Positions 1 to 12,210 of a stretch of 64,000 nucleotides of DNA are shown here, one piece after another. The notes under the pieces were generated by a model. It was not told where the DNA came from. It was given only the letters and a program-made list of their open reading frames with translations, and searched no databases. Made by a program: the position numbers and the translations under genes. Location: assembly GCA_964035545.1 (NCBI GenBank), contig OZ037767.1, positions 31,326,628 through 31,390,627 on the forward strand. The letters are read 5' to 3'. The stretch is from Bugula neritina. Its lineage: Eukaryota > Animalia > Bryozoa. Position 1 is the stretch's first letter. The number at the start of each line of letters is the position of its first letter.

Positions 1-321
1 CATATAGTTGGAATATAAAACCTACTGCAATTTACAAATAGCTGCAATGCCATAAAAATAGCAACATAATATATCCAACCTGTACAAGTCATTGCATAGC
101 AGAAAATAGGTAAAACTGTGACATTAAATGTGGGTGAATAATTCACTGTACGTGTTCTATTCGTAGGAGTTATGGTTCACAGTTAAGAAATGTGACTAAC
201 ACTAAACTCACTTAACAGACAGACGGTAGTGAGTGTCCAGTCCTACACTTAAGGAGTTGATGGTTTCATGTCTACACACAGCGACACAAACACAATTTAA
301 TTACAAAAACTAGAAAATTGT

Positions 322-2277
322 CTAAAAGCCGGAAGCCCCTCCCCCTTCCTGTTGTAACCTGTTGATGTACGTCTTCTCCACGACCTGCACGGCATCTAAA
401 TACCTGTCCATACACTGTCCCAGACACTTCTACAATAGACAACAACTTTTTAGGCATACTTCAGCTTTCTCCCATACTCCACACATTAAATTACTTCGTA
501 CTAATAATACCACAATATTAATTTTAATATATTAATCACTACTTACTATATAGTTTTTATATAAAAACCACAAATTAAATCAATTGTATTATAATGTATT
601 GTTATTTTTAAACACAAACTCAGCACAAGACATCATTGTTCATGCTAATAACGAGTAAACAGGTGGACATAACTCTTACTTGTTCTGAGCTGGCCAGTGA
701 TGAGCCCGGCTTTGACACACACATCTTGAAACACTTATCTTGTACACCCTACAGAAAGAACGGTCATGATAACACAGCACGACTAACCATGTCCTGAACA
801 GCAGTGACACACCTCTACTGCTTGTCTAATCTAGATCTACTCACACCTGGCTACCGTGAAGGAACTGAGTAGAGATAATATAGAGTTCCCTTTAAACTTA
901 TTCTAAACACAAAGAAAGTAACTCTGCAATTGAGTTTTGCAAGTGAAATCTAAACTTTAGCATGCCTTTGCTCTATAAAGGTTATTTGTTTTAGTGAGTT
1001 GAGCATGAAACTGGTCTTTTATTATCTGTAAAGATTCACGGCCAAAATGACTTCATTAATTATTAGAGGGTGATTCTATCTATTAGAAGGCTTAAGTTTA
1101 AAAGCAAATTTTCAATAGTGACTTGTTTAATAAACATGTAACAAAAAATAAGGTAATTAGGACAGATTTTTACTCCAATTTTATGATATATGTCGCGCCA
1201 TTAAAAATATTGATAGTTTCTTGTTAAGCTAAAAGATAATTGGTTACAGAAAACACGTCAAAAGAGAATCAGTTATATTGTCGCTTATAGTTATACATTG
1301 AAGCACCTGTATTTCAAACTCAAACTCCAGACTGACAAAAAATAACCTATTTGCATGCTGAGGTTCGAAATGAAAGAGAGAAATGAGAGCAATATCATTT
1401 GCATTACTATTAGCACTATTTGTTGTTAGGAATCCCGTAGTCCTAGCGGTGTAATGGCTAGTACCTCTAGTGGGGGCAAAAGTTTTACAAGCTATTTCGA
1501 CTCTGTGTTGGGAGAGTGCACTTAGGGAGTTGACTGGCGAGTAGAGCCTATGAGCTGACAGAGTGCAAGGGGGCCAATGCATTACTTAAGAGAACTGGGT
1601 AGGATGTTGTTAGTAATAAATTGTTACTAGGCGTACTGATTGAGTGATACTAGTAATAATAATATTTACATTGAAAGCCTAGAAGAGGCACGTAACTTGC
1701 CACCAGTTTAATGGTTAATACTAATAGTAATACTAATAGCTACTGTCTTATTTTCAGTGTCTACACCATTCATTCATCAATCCAAACTGAAACCTCTCAC
1801 GGCTTTCAGTCTGAGTCTCGACAAATCATTGTCATTGTGATTGAGTTCGACTCGGTTGCTCTAAGTTTAATTATAATTTATCATAAGTATATTATAATAA
1901 TTTAATTATAATTCTAAGTTAAATTAGTGTTTCAATAAAAAAAATTGCTATTTCAAACTTGCTTTAAATTTAGGATTAAGCTTGTGCTGTGATGGTTATT
2001 ACAAGTTGAAGTGATATATGAATTTCTAATAAAAATAAATAAATAACTCCAACATTCACAATGACTGTCACTGTAAAGTAAAAGTACGAGTGAGACTCAA
2101 ATTGAAGTTGTATCAGAATCAGAATGAGAATGTCAATCACTCAATCAGTCAATGTGAATGTGGCAAAATTAAAAATACCTCTAGCAACTGTTTCAACTTG
2201 GCCATTTCAACTTGCATGTTGACTTGTTCCATAATTTGCTGCCGTTGAGCATTATCCATTGGCATTGAATTACTCAT
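322..2277 (-). CDS. TIMM13: Mitochondrial intermembrane-space chaperone Tim13; 3 exons (2277-2179, 748-680, 429-322), 91 aa
   Basis: Spliced translation MSNSMPMDNAQRQQIMEQVNMQVEMAKLKQLLE|GVQDKCFKMCVSKPGSSLASSEQ|KCLGQCMDRYLDAVQVVEKTYINRLQQEGGGASGF*. Twin CX3C motif (CFKMC, CLGQC) and the Tim13-type KPGxSLxxSEQKC..CMDRY signature; phase-0 GT-AG introns. Not visible in the ORF track. Confidence 0.93.
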
Positions 2278-2869
2278 TTTATATAGAAATATCTAGGACT
2301 AAATAATTAAAAAGTAAACCTTTATCTTGACCTGTTCAAAACCGGCAGAAATTATGTTGCTAGTATTAGTAACGTGCAACGATCAAATGATATGCCATGG
2401 CTTTATTTATGTGCTGTAACTTTCAACACTGCTGTGATTTGTTGACTTTTAGACACGCATTTGTACTGAGGCACGATTGGTTCACACTCTCATACATTTA
2501 TCCCTATTCGCCAACCAGCGACGGTACTCCGCCTTAAATTATCATATTACACCTGTTAGCGCTCAACTTGACCTTGACATATTATATAACAGCGATTCTA
2601 TTAAAGAAAGTTATCTCGACACTAGAACTCTAAATAATTGATTACTAATTAATTAAGTAATTATTATAATTATAATAATTATTATCATTACATTGATAAT
2701 CAGATAACGATAATCGTTTTGGCAATTGTTATTGCTATGATGAAGCTTATAATATGTTTGTACAAACTATAAGTATTACTATTTGTTTTTTAAATAACAA
2801 TTATAATTTATATTTCTATATCGTTTTACTCATATTCATATTGAATATTCATACTCATAGTGATATTTG

Positions 2870-3240
2870 ATATTATTATTAGTATTACTATAACTATTAG
2901 TATTACTATTACCATTAGTATTACGTATTAGTATTAGTATCACTGTGACTTTGAGTTTGACTTGAAGTTTAACTTTATGATATTAAATTTAATTCAAATT
3001 CAAATTGACAATTGTAGTTATTTTAAAATCATCACTATTACTATTAGAGTATTACTACTAGTACTAGTACTACTAGTACTACTACTAGTAGTACTAGTAG
3101 ACGTAGTGAATTTAAGACCGAGTAGTGTAGAACTAGAACTAGTCGGTAGTCGACGTCGTAGACTCGGGCTGTCTGTCAGTGTCAGTGTGAGTGTCACTGT
3201 AGAGTAGAAGACTGAGTCTGAGACACCGTAGGCATAGACT
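2870..3240. promoter_or_regulatory. Low-complexity TAC/TAG/ATT tract in the putative bidirectional TIMM13/GSKIP promoter
   Basis: Lies between divergent start codons (2277 minus, 3936 plus); runs such as tactactagtactagtactactagtac. Promoter role inferred from position only. Confidence 0.45.
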
Positions 3241-3935
3241 GTAAGGAGTGAATACATGTTACTTGTCAGTGATAATGTTACCTTCTATTGTGATTGTTCT
3301 AGTTCAAATTGTATGTAATTATTAAATATTTACCTGAGGCTGATCAAATTCAAACGTCAGCTCATGTGTTTTGCTTTGACTGGGACTTGATTTAAAGTTA
3401 ACCTGTTTATGTAAACAATCAACAACTACTTAACTTAAGCAGCCATCGAATTGATTCAACTTGGTTTCTGGTTACTTCTGCAAACTCCTGAAATCTAAAG
3501 AGACAAATGTAGGCCAAAGTTGTAGAACAGAGAACATTTATCATAAGGCTAAATTAAAATCGCTTATCATATTGATATTTCATTCCAACTAAAATAGATA
3601 TGCTGTTCATCACAATAATAACTAATTTCGTTGGTTGGACAGTTCAACGCAATATTTCTCCTATTTTTACGCCAACTGTGCTTACCTTTCGTTAAGCTTA
3701 CATTTTTAGAGGCCTTGATAAACAATCAGGCCTATTTCGACACTGATTTTGGAATAATTTTTTATACAATTGAAAGTTATGTTCTTTGATTTCAAAGATT
3801 TCAATTTCGAATAATCTATTTTTCGATACTGTACCATTTCTTTATCAACAAATGATTCACAGAGTCATAATAGCTTTACTCAGGTGTGTATAAACTGATG
3901 TGACAGAAGCCAACACATTGTAGACTCGTTTTAGT

Positions 3936-4749
3936 ATGGAAGATTATGACCTTCGGAATGAGTGTTCTCGCATCATCACCGAGATACAGCCTCACGTCTC
4001 TAGTGCTGAAGCTTCCAAGACGTTAGAGTATACCTACAGCGTTGTTCACATCAACTTAGTGACTAAAGATAACATCAAAATGTGTGTCAGACTTACAGCG
4101 AGAGGGTTTGAGGTAACAGCCAGCCACCCTCGTCTAATGGAATGCTAGAACATTGTCATTTAAGTTTACTTGTTGTTGCAAAGGATTCAGTACATTATAA
4201 TATTTATAGGTTGGAATGGTTGCATTGGATGTGTGGTTTCTACTAAAAGATAGCTTTTTTGTCTGAATTCCTTAAATAAATAAGGAGTCATCGCTAATTT
4301 CCTTCTAAAATGATGTCTGCTTTTAGCATGGAGTAGAGCGTCTAACATTCCAAAATATAATAGTACTTTATTCAAAGTTTTGATTTCCCATGACCTCCGG
4401 CAAGGTTATAAATTGTGCCACATCAGCACTATGTATATACGACATCTCATTAACTGAACGCTATCTTCATTGCTTGTCACATTATGGTGTTCAATGTTTA
4501 GTTCAGTTACTAATCCGTAACATGATGTAATAGCCATATATGAATGACCTTGATGTGAATGACCTTGATAGTCTGGAATCCTTCATATTATGTTTTACTT
4601 TACAGATTGTTGGAGACGAGTTTGACACGGCAAACAAAGAGCCGACCACAACATACGAGTTGATAGACCAGCTGCTAAGTGACTTGAGTCCCAAGTACCG
4701 GGAGTCCTTCAGCTCTTTGCTAGCCCAGAAACTACAGAACCTTCAATGA
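3936..4749 (+). CDS. GSKIP: GSK3-beta interaction protein; 2 coding exons (3936-4112, 4606-4749), 106 aa
   Basis: MEDYDLRNECSRIITEIQPHVSSAEASKTLEYTYSVVHINLVTKDNIKMCVRLTARGFE|IVGDEFDTANKEPTTTYELIDQLLSDLSPKYRESFSSLLAQKLQNLQ*. Fits the GSKIP/DUF727 pattern (IN..TK....C..L...GF.IVG..FD; YE....LL..LSP.YRESF...L..KL); GAG|GTAA and TACAG|ATT junction. Confidence 0.9.
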
Positions 4750-5664
4750 TGTCTATTGCCTGATCTAAAAAATTTCTTAAAGTATGTACATGGTGCGAAG
4801 TTTACAGAATTTAACTGAATCTCCAATGAAGTTGTTTGCTATAATATAACTGTGATGCCTCTTCCAATACCTCCGTGACCTATATGTCTTGTATAATTTT
4901 CATAAGGCAGCAACTTTATGCATTTCTACCATACTGGAAATTTCCACTTCCACTCTCTGTGCTGTGCAATGCAGTACTTGTGTAAAATTCCTCTTTTCTA
5001 AATATTTTTGAAATTAACAAATTATTTTTCTTTATGTTCTTTAGTTTAATTTTTTTAAATTTACTTGCTTCTTCATGTTGTTATATATGCTGTTACTTTT
5101 TTCTATTTCCATCAACTTGATCTTAGAATATTGTTTTTAGTTATGGTTATTTTTATACTCGTCTGGAATTTGCTAGAAAGCTTGAAGCTACTAGTCATGT
5201 ATATATCTCAACAGCATTTATTATGATAATTCAAGAAAAATGATGAACATTTCTTTCAAGAAAACAGCTTGAAGATAAAATATAGTAGATAAATAAATAA
5301 CAACTAAATTAATATTATTATATCCAATAACTAATTACGAAATAAAACGATGCTAGTTAACATACCTTGCCTAAACTTGATATAATAACTCCTAATTGAA
5401 ATAAATGTGCTCCAAAAAGGTTCCGAGGGTATAAAGACTGTAAAAGTGACCATCAGAAATAAAATAATAGTATATTTCCTAACAATCAATTAAAAATACA
5501 AAATAAATTCAAAATCATACTGGCAAATATAATTCTTATTTTAAGACTGCATCATTGTTACAAATAAATGGTAATGTGATAAGGCCCAGTGTTATATTAA
5601 ATTATAGTTATTGAATAAGAGAAAAGAGTAGGATGGGGTTAGATGTGGTTGTAAATCAGCAGTT

Positions 5665-8600
5665 TTAGACATTATAAGAGTGATCAAGGGGAAAGTAACA
5701 GATATCCTGGGAGGGATAACATGGCGTCACCTCCGGCATTGTCACCCCATCATTCAGAGGTTTAGAAAGCACCATCTTGTCTGGATTACAGTTCATGGAG
5801 AATTTTTTGTCCAGACAAATTTCGATTTGAGCAATGTGTTGTTGCTTAGCAACTGGGTCCCATGTGCAACCTGGCATAAGCAAACAACTCCAAATTCATT
5901 GACATTATACTTCATTGTACACCGCTAAAAAACTTACACAAAAATTTGATAAAAGTAAATCACATGCATAGAGAAAAGTGTCACTATAACATAAAATTTG
6001 TACAAAATGTTAAAAAAATTACAATATTATAAGCAGGATATTTGTATACAACTTATTCACTGGCAAACGAACAACTTACAATGAAAGTTTGGGATGGACA
6101 ACTGTTACATACACCAAAAATGTAAATTATACTTACCAAGGATAATGGATTCATTGAAAATAGCATTAGTGGCTGCAGCAAAAGTGGTGTAGTTATAGCA
6201 GTGCAAGTCAGTAGGCAATATTCTACAAACAACACCAGCTGTTAGCACAATGGCACTAAACTGTCACCATATTAGACTAAGCAATACTAAAGTTACTGAG
6301 CCCTCAGTACCTCCCCCCCCCTGTTACCTTACACAGCAAGATAAACTGCTACAGACTTTTATTATAAAATGAAAATGTTTCAAATAAACCTATTATTCAC
6401 AGCACAAGGCTATGAATCTACAATAGAGCAGCAGTATTAGATGATTTGATTAATATTCACTCAACTATCATATTAGAAGTCATAAATGGGTCCATTTAAA
6501 GAACTTTGTTAACAGGTTTTGGAGAGAAGTAAAATTAATGGGCAGACAACTTTCTATCTTACAAATTGCAAGATGCTAGAGTATAGATAGACTAAGATAC
6601 ACTGGAGTACAAGGTTGAAAGTTGTTTGGATCACTAAGCACAGTGTATGGTTGAGACACCCCTTCTTCCCACTCCGACTGAAATGGTACACACCTAAGGT
6701 TCTGCTGTACTGACTAAATAAAAATAATTCACTTGGACAAAAAAATCTGATGAGAAAAATACTCCGAGTTATATGATGCCATATCTTTACCAGCTACACT
6801 AAATGTTTGTTGGCATAATAATACAAACCATCCATACTTGTTATTGGTCACCAAATATTTGAACCATAGGCTAAACTAGTGTTAGTGCAAATGAGAGAAT
6901 AATAAATAAGATTCATTACTCAAAAAAAATCAATAAAATATGGAGTAAGTACAGAGAGATGGAGTAAGTACAGAGAGATGGAGTGAGTACAGAGAGAGAT
7001 GAAGTAAGTATAGAGAGAGATGGAGTAAGTACAGAGAGATGGAGTAAGTACAGAGAGAGATAGAGTAAGTACAGAGAGATGGAGTAAGTACAGTGAGAGA
7101 TGGAGTAAGTACAGAGAGAGATGGAGTGAGTACAGAGAGATAAAGTAAGTACAGAGAGAGATGGAGTAAGTACAGAGAGATATAGAGTAAGTACAGAGAG
7201 ATGGAGTGAGTACAGAGAGATGGAGTAAGTACAGAGAGAGATGGAGTAAGTACAGAGAGATGGAGTAAGTACAGAGAGAGATGGAGTGAGTACAGAGAGA
7301 GATGGAGTAAGTACAGAGAGAGAGTAAGTACAGAGAGAGATAGAGTAAGTACAGAGAGAGATAGAGTAAGTACAGAGAGATAGAGTAAGTACAGGGAGAG
7401 ATGGAGTAAGTACAGTGAGATGGAGTAAGTACAGAGAGATGGAGTAAGTACAGAGAGAGATGGAGTAAGTACAGTGAGGTCATCACAGCCCAATCTTACT
7501 AAAGATTGTGTGAATAAACACTAGCAAAGATAACAAATAACACAACAATCATCAGAATAGCATCAGTGTCACATGACTAATTTACCCAGTACTACTAACA
7601 ACAGCTAACTCTTTCATAATGCATTGATAATAATGTGTTGATAATAATGTGTTGATAATATGTGTTGATAATATGTGTTGATAATAATGTGTTTATAATA
7701 TGTGTTGATAATATGTGTTGATAATAATGTGTTGATAATGTTGCAATCCACTCACCCTTATGATTTAGTACTTCTATAATGCATAGTGCCCTGATGAATG
7801 AATACTCTTTTAGTTCAACATTCACAGTAAAAATGAAATGAACAAGTGGACCACCCCCCCCCCCCTCAAACGTTGCTATTTACAACACCAGACTAACTGC
7901 GTGGTTCTTCTAGACTTTAGACTCATATGTTTTAACTTAATCCAACTGCCCAGTCAAGCAATGAATTGTATCATATATATTCATATAACTGCCACCACCT
8001 ACCTGAGCAACAAGACCTAATTTAGATAAAAGCAAAGTTTGGGAGGGACAGAGGGGGGATTAGATAATACTCACAATTTAGTGCCCAGCAGTTTGAAGAC
8101 ATCAAGCCTATCCAGCAGCTGCAGAATAAACTTGAAGTAGTTATAAGGGCCGTAGAGCATTGGTTCAAGAGAAGCACATGTACCGTGTTTAGTCCACTCG
8201 TGTGTCCAGAAGGTAAAATCATCACCTGAAGAACATATAGTTATAGTGTAGAGTATTTAGTATATATAGTAGTATATGGCAGTATATTATTTAGAATAGA
8301 GTATAATATATAGTATAGCATAGTATAGTAGAGTTAATAGCGAAATGCCGCGTATACTCCACAGAAACGCCAAGCTAGTTAAACTGTCTAAGAACTGATT
8401 ATCAATACATTTATTGTTGGAAAACTACCACAACATTTTCCACTGCTTTTGATATGGTCAAAGTTTCAAAGTCTAAAATTCACCACATCAAAGGCTATTG
8501 ACATCAATTTAGAGCCAAGTGGAGGATTGTATAATACTAGGAGAGCAGGAAATAAGATATGCATATACTATGGAGTAGTTAAAGGAAGTTAGCTCAAACT

Positions 8601-9785
8601 AGAAGAGCCAGTGAATTATATGCCGAAGTGCCAGCTGACACAACACTTTATCTCACTGTAAAAGACTGTTTCTTTTTAATTTGAATTACACTACTTGGCA
8701 ATACATGCAATGTGTACCTCTAAATATGTACAACTTGTATTAAAATGCATCTCTGAGACTTTATTACCACCTGACAGCATGTGTATAGTATATTATAGTA
8801 TAGTATAGAGTACATAGAGTAGAGTGAATAGTATAAAGTGATAGTAGGAGTTATTAGTGACAGAGGGAGTTAGTAGTAATAGTGGGAGTCAATAGTGACA
8901 GTGAAGAGAGCTGAGTACCAACTGAATCCACAGAAACTGACCGTCAAACGAGGGCCATTGAGCTCTCATGGTATCCTCTAGAGGTAAAATCTCCTTCTCC
9001 TCCAGAACCCATGAATCGTTGCAGAAGTTAGGATACGAGACGTTGACTGACGGCCATAGACCGTGAATTGTCCAACTAGTGATGTTATTGGCTAATAAAC
9101 ACTGTTTCCTGTCAATATAAATTATAATATAAGTTGTGTCTCAGTCGAACTAAGAGAAAAGAAATTGATAACTAACTCAAAACCAAGCTAGATGTTTAAC
9201 CAACAAAACTCTATTATATAAAGTTGGGGACACAATACGTCTTTTACAGCTCTAGAACTGCTGTAGTCAAGAAAAATTATAAGCTTTTGGAGTAATCTCC
9301 CAAGCACCTAAGTACAGAAAAGATATTTTAAGATATCAACTTCTAATTTAAATTAGAAAAAATAAATTAAGACTAACATTATTTGTAAAAGCAATAGCTT
9401 AGACAGAATCTCTATTATCTAATATATAAAAAATGCATTTCACATAAGTTTACTTGATACTTAGTAAAAATAAAAAATATGCTTATAAAATGATTTAATG
9501 TAATTCAAAAAGTGGTTTCTTTAAAATTATAATTTATTAATTCATTTAGAAAATGTGCTAAATATAGATTTATATCATTATAAAATGAGCATAAATATAG
9601 AAATATATTATTATAAAATGGCTAATTTACTTGAATTCTTACGTTTGCAAAGTTCCATTTCCGCCCAAAGCTTTACTGGGGCACAAAGAGCCAGGCCATT
9701 GTAGAGCAAACACATAGTAGTCATAGTAATATGCCCCACAACCACTAAATAGTGCTAGCACTGCCAGCAGGTGAATACCTTGCAT
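5665..9785 (-). CDS. RNASET2: Secreted/lysosomal ribonuclease T2; 5 exons (9785-9643, 9108-8942, 8225-8075, 6222-6137, 5870-5665), 250 aa
   Basis: Signal peptide MQGIHLLAVLALFSGCGA, then DYYVFALQWPGSLC; CAS I WTIHGLWP and CAS II FWTHEWTKHGTC with both catalytic His; C-terminal QIEICLDK; exon phases consistent (753 nt); several NxS/T sequons. Confidence 0.93.
6940..7478 (+). repeat. 19-21 bp purine-rich minisatellite (ATGGAGTAAGTACAGAGAG[AG]) in RNase T2 intron 3
   Basis: Directly visible; accounts for the spurious 187/188-aa ORFs. Confidence 0.95.
7625..7740 (+). repeat. 13-15 bp tandem repeat (GATAAT[A]ATGTGTT)
   Basis: Directly visible. Confidence 0.9.
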
Positions 9786-10029
9786 TCTTCTATCACTTCT
9801 TCACAAGTGATTGGATTAGTATCGTATAGCAACACTAAATATCAGTTGATGAGCCAATCCAGCTATTGAACGGGATCTTATTAATTTTATTGAAAGTTCA
9901 TTACCAAGCTACAAAATAATAACCTAAATACTAATTCTAATCCTAAATTCAACAATGAAAACTATAGAAAACTAATAGTATTAAAAATTACGTATATAAC
10001 TGACAGTGACTAATATTATTTTATTAGAG

Positions 10030-10812
10030 AATTATAAAAGTACTACAGTACTACTACTAGTAGTAGTAGTATTACTACTAACTCTAAAAGTCTTTGCACT
10101 ATGGATATTACTATAACTAGTACTACTACTACTAGTAGTACTAATACTCATACTAATACTACCACTATTAGCACTAATACTAATAGTATAAGTATTACCA
10201 TTAGTATTAGCATTAGTCAATTACTAGTACTACTAATATTAGTATTACTATTTATATTATTAATATCATCACTGCTAGTACTAACAATAATATTACTTAT
10301 TAGTTATTAGTATTAGCAGAGAAAAACATTAAGAGACCTATGGCTAAATATGCAAGACACCAGCACTGAATCTGAAGATGATATGCATTGTCAACACTGG
10401 CAGACGTTTGCCCCTCTCTCTCTCTCTTACTTTTAGTATTAGTAATACTAATAAATAGTATTACTATTACTACTAGTATTAGTAATAATACTACATATTG
10501 ATATTGATATTCATATTGATATTGCCATCATTAATATTATTATATTTATTGGCATAGTATAACTATAAGTATTAGTATTACTATTATTATTAGTATTAAT
10601 AATAATATTATAACTATACTATTACTACTAGTACTATTACTAATACTAATAGTAATACTAGTAGACGTACTACTACTAGTACTAGTAGTAGTAGTCGTAT
10701 GACTAGTGCTGTCACTAGTAGTAGTACTACGTCCAAGACAAATATTACTACTAGTGGCTAGACGGACTTTTAGCCTTAGTAGTTAGCGCTAGTAGTACTA
10801 TTACTAGTAGTA
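10030..10812. promoter_or_regulatory. Long TAC/TAG/TAA low-complexity tract in the putative bidirectional RNASET2/PRPF38B promoter
   Basis: Between the divergent genes; same ACTAGT/TACTAC-rich composition as 2870-3240. Confidence 0.45.
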
Positions 10813-12210
10813 GCAGCCACAATACTAGAATCATGTGATCCAACACGAGGTGATATCATGGCTTTGCCAGTTACAGAATTGTCCTCTGTGATGCTTTCAA
10901 CATGCTTTTGTGTTGACAAAGCTATTAAGTGATAAAGTACGGTGAATGTGGATGGCTCTTTGTTTGGACAATCCATGAAATGACGAATAGGAATTCAGCA
11001 TTCAGTATCCAATGATGTTTCAGATCTTTCTTACGATACTTTCAGTAAGAAGAAAACTCCGTAAGTAATAACGTATTAGTCCTAAACTAGGTTTACACGC
11101 AATTTATTTTCATTATCACTAAACTGAGTTATTGGTTGATTAACCAGGACTAACAAACTTCATCTTTGATTCTGAAATCGGTGAGAGTCGAATTTCTGTC
11201 GATTTTCATCTTGATCATAATCTTAACTCTCAAGTCATAGCGATAGTAACACAACCAATTGTGATTTTCAGTTCCGTTTAATTTTATGCCTCGGTTTGTC
11301 TTTCTCTTTGCAAACTCTGATCGACGGTTGCTGCCCGTAAATAATTTTAATTTATATTCACATTGAATTAAATTTAAACTCTTATAGTTATAGTTATTCA
11401 GTTATTGATATTCTAATTCTTAAAGTTAAAGACCGAGACCAGCTCCAAGTCTTAGTCTAGGCTCTAGGGTAAAAGTTAGTTTGAACTTCAAATTTCCAAG
11501 TATTTATTTAAGTTAAGCTGAAAATAAAACTCAAACTGTATAGTTTTTTTCCCCACAAAAGCTTTTACAACCATTCTGATTCAATACTACCTTTCCCCGA
11601 AAACAAGGGTGGTCGAGGATCTTCCAAAATATATTTCTGTTCTAAGATAAAAGTAAGTTTCAGGTTGTTTGTTTATGTTATGCTTATTAGATATATATAT
11701 TAATATTTAGTTGCTCTTCTCTTGGTCTGTTTGTTGAGTGCAAACAAATGGAAATATTCATATTGCTTCGCCATCAGGCTCAACTTAGTCGTATAACTAT
11801 AACTTAGCTGTTGAGGTACGGTTTTGCTTTTAGTGTCAGTGACATTCAAATTTTAATTAGACCTTCATTTGTTCAAATTTACCACACTAATCATAATACA
11901 CCGTAGGCGTATACTAATTAAAATTTATTGCCGAGTAAGAAAAGTGTCCATAAGCAGAGCATTTCAAAGATCAATTCTGATAACATCGTATTGGAGTCCG
12001 ATACGAGTTCAGATATTAATTTTTTCATTATTTCTTTTTGAAAATAGATTTTAACTGTCAAAATTTTGTCAACTCTGTTAGTTTTATAATACTTCAGTGT
12101 TATTTTTTGCACTTGATTTATTAAGTTTGTTAAATTTAACAAGTGTCAAAGTTCTACTAATTCTGTTATATTTAATTTACTGAGTTTATATTGCATCATA
12201 TTTACCATAG

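Noticed and set aside
1440-1515. tRNA-like stretch in TIMM13 intron 1 (GGTGTAATGGCTAGTACC ... TTCGACTC)
   Set aside because: A D-arm-like segment is present, but the anticodon and T arms do not pair; at most a very decayed SINE.
2962-3257. Leu/Val-rich and Ser/Thr-rich ORFs here and at 10032-10310
   Set aside because: Products of TAC/TAG triplet low complexity in promoter regions.
6920-7493. 187/188-aa ORFs on the minus strand
   Set aside because: Translations of the intronic minisatellite inside RNase T2; repetitive and without domain features.
10885-11130. C/D or H/ACA snoRNA upstream of PRPF38B
   Set aside because: Only imperfect C boxes (TGTGATGC, AATGATGT), with no matching terminal stem and D box, and no recognisable rRNA guide.
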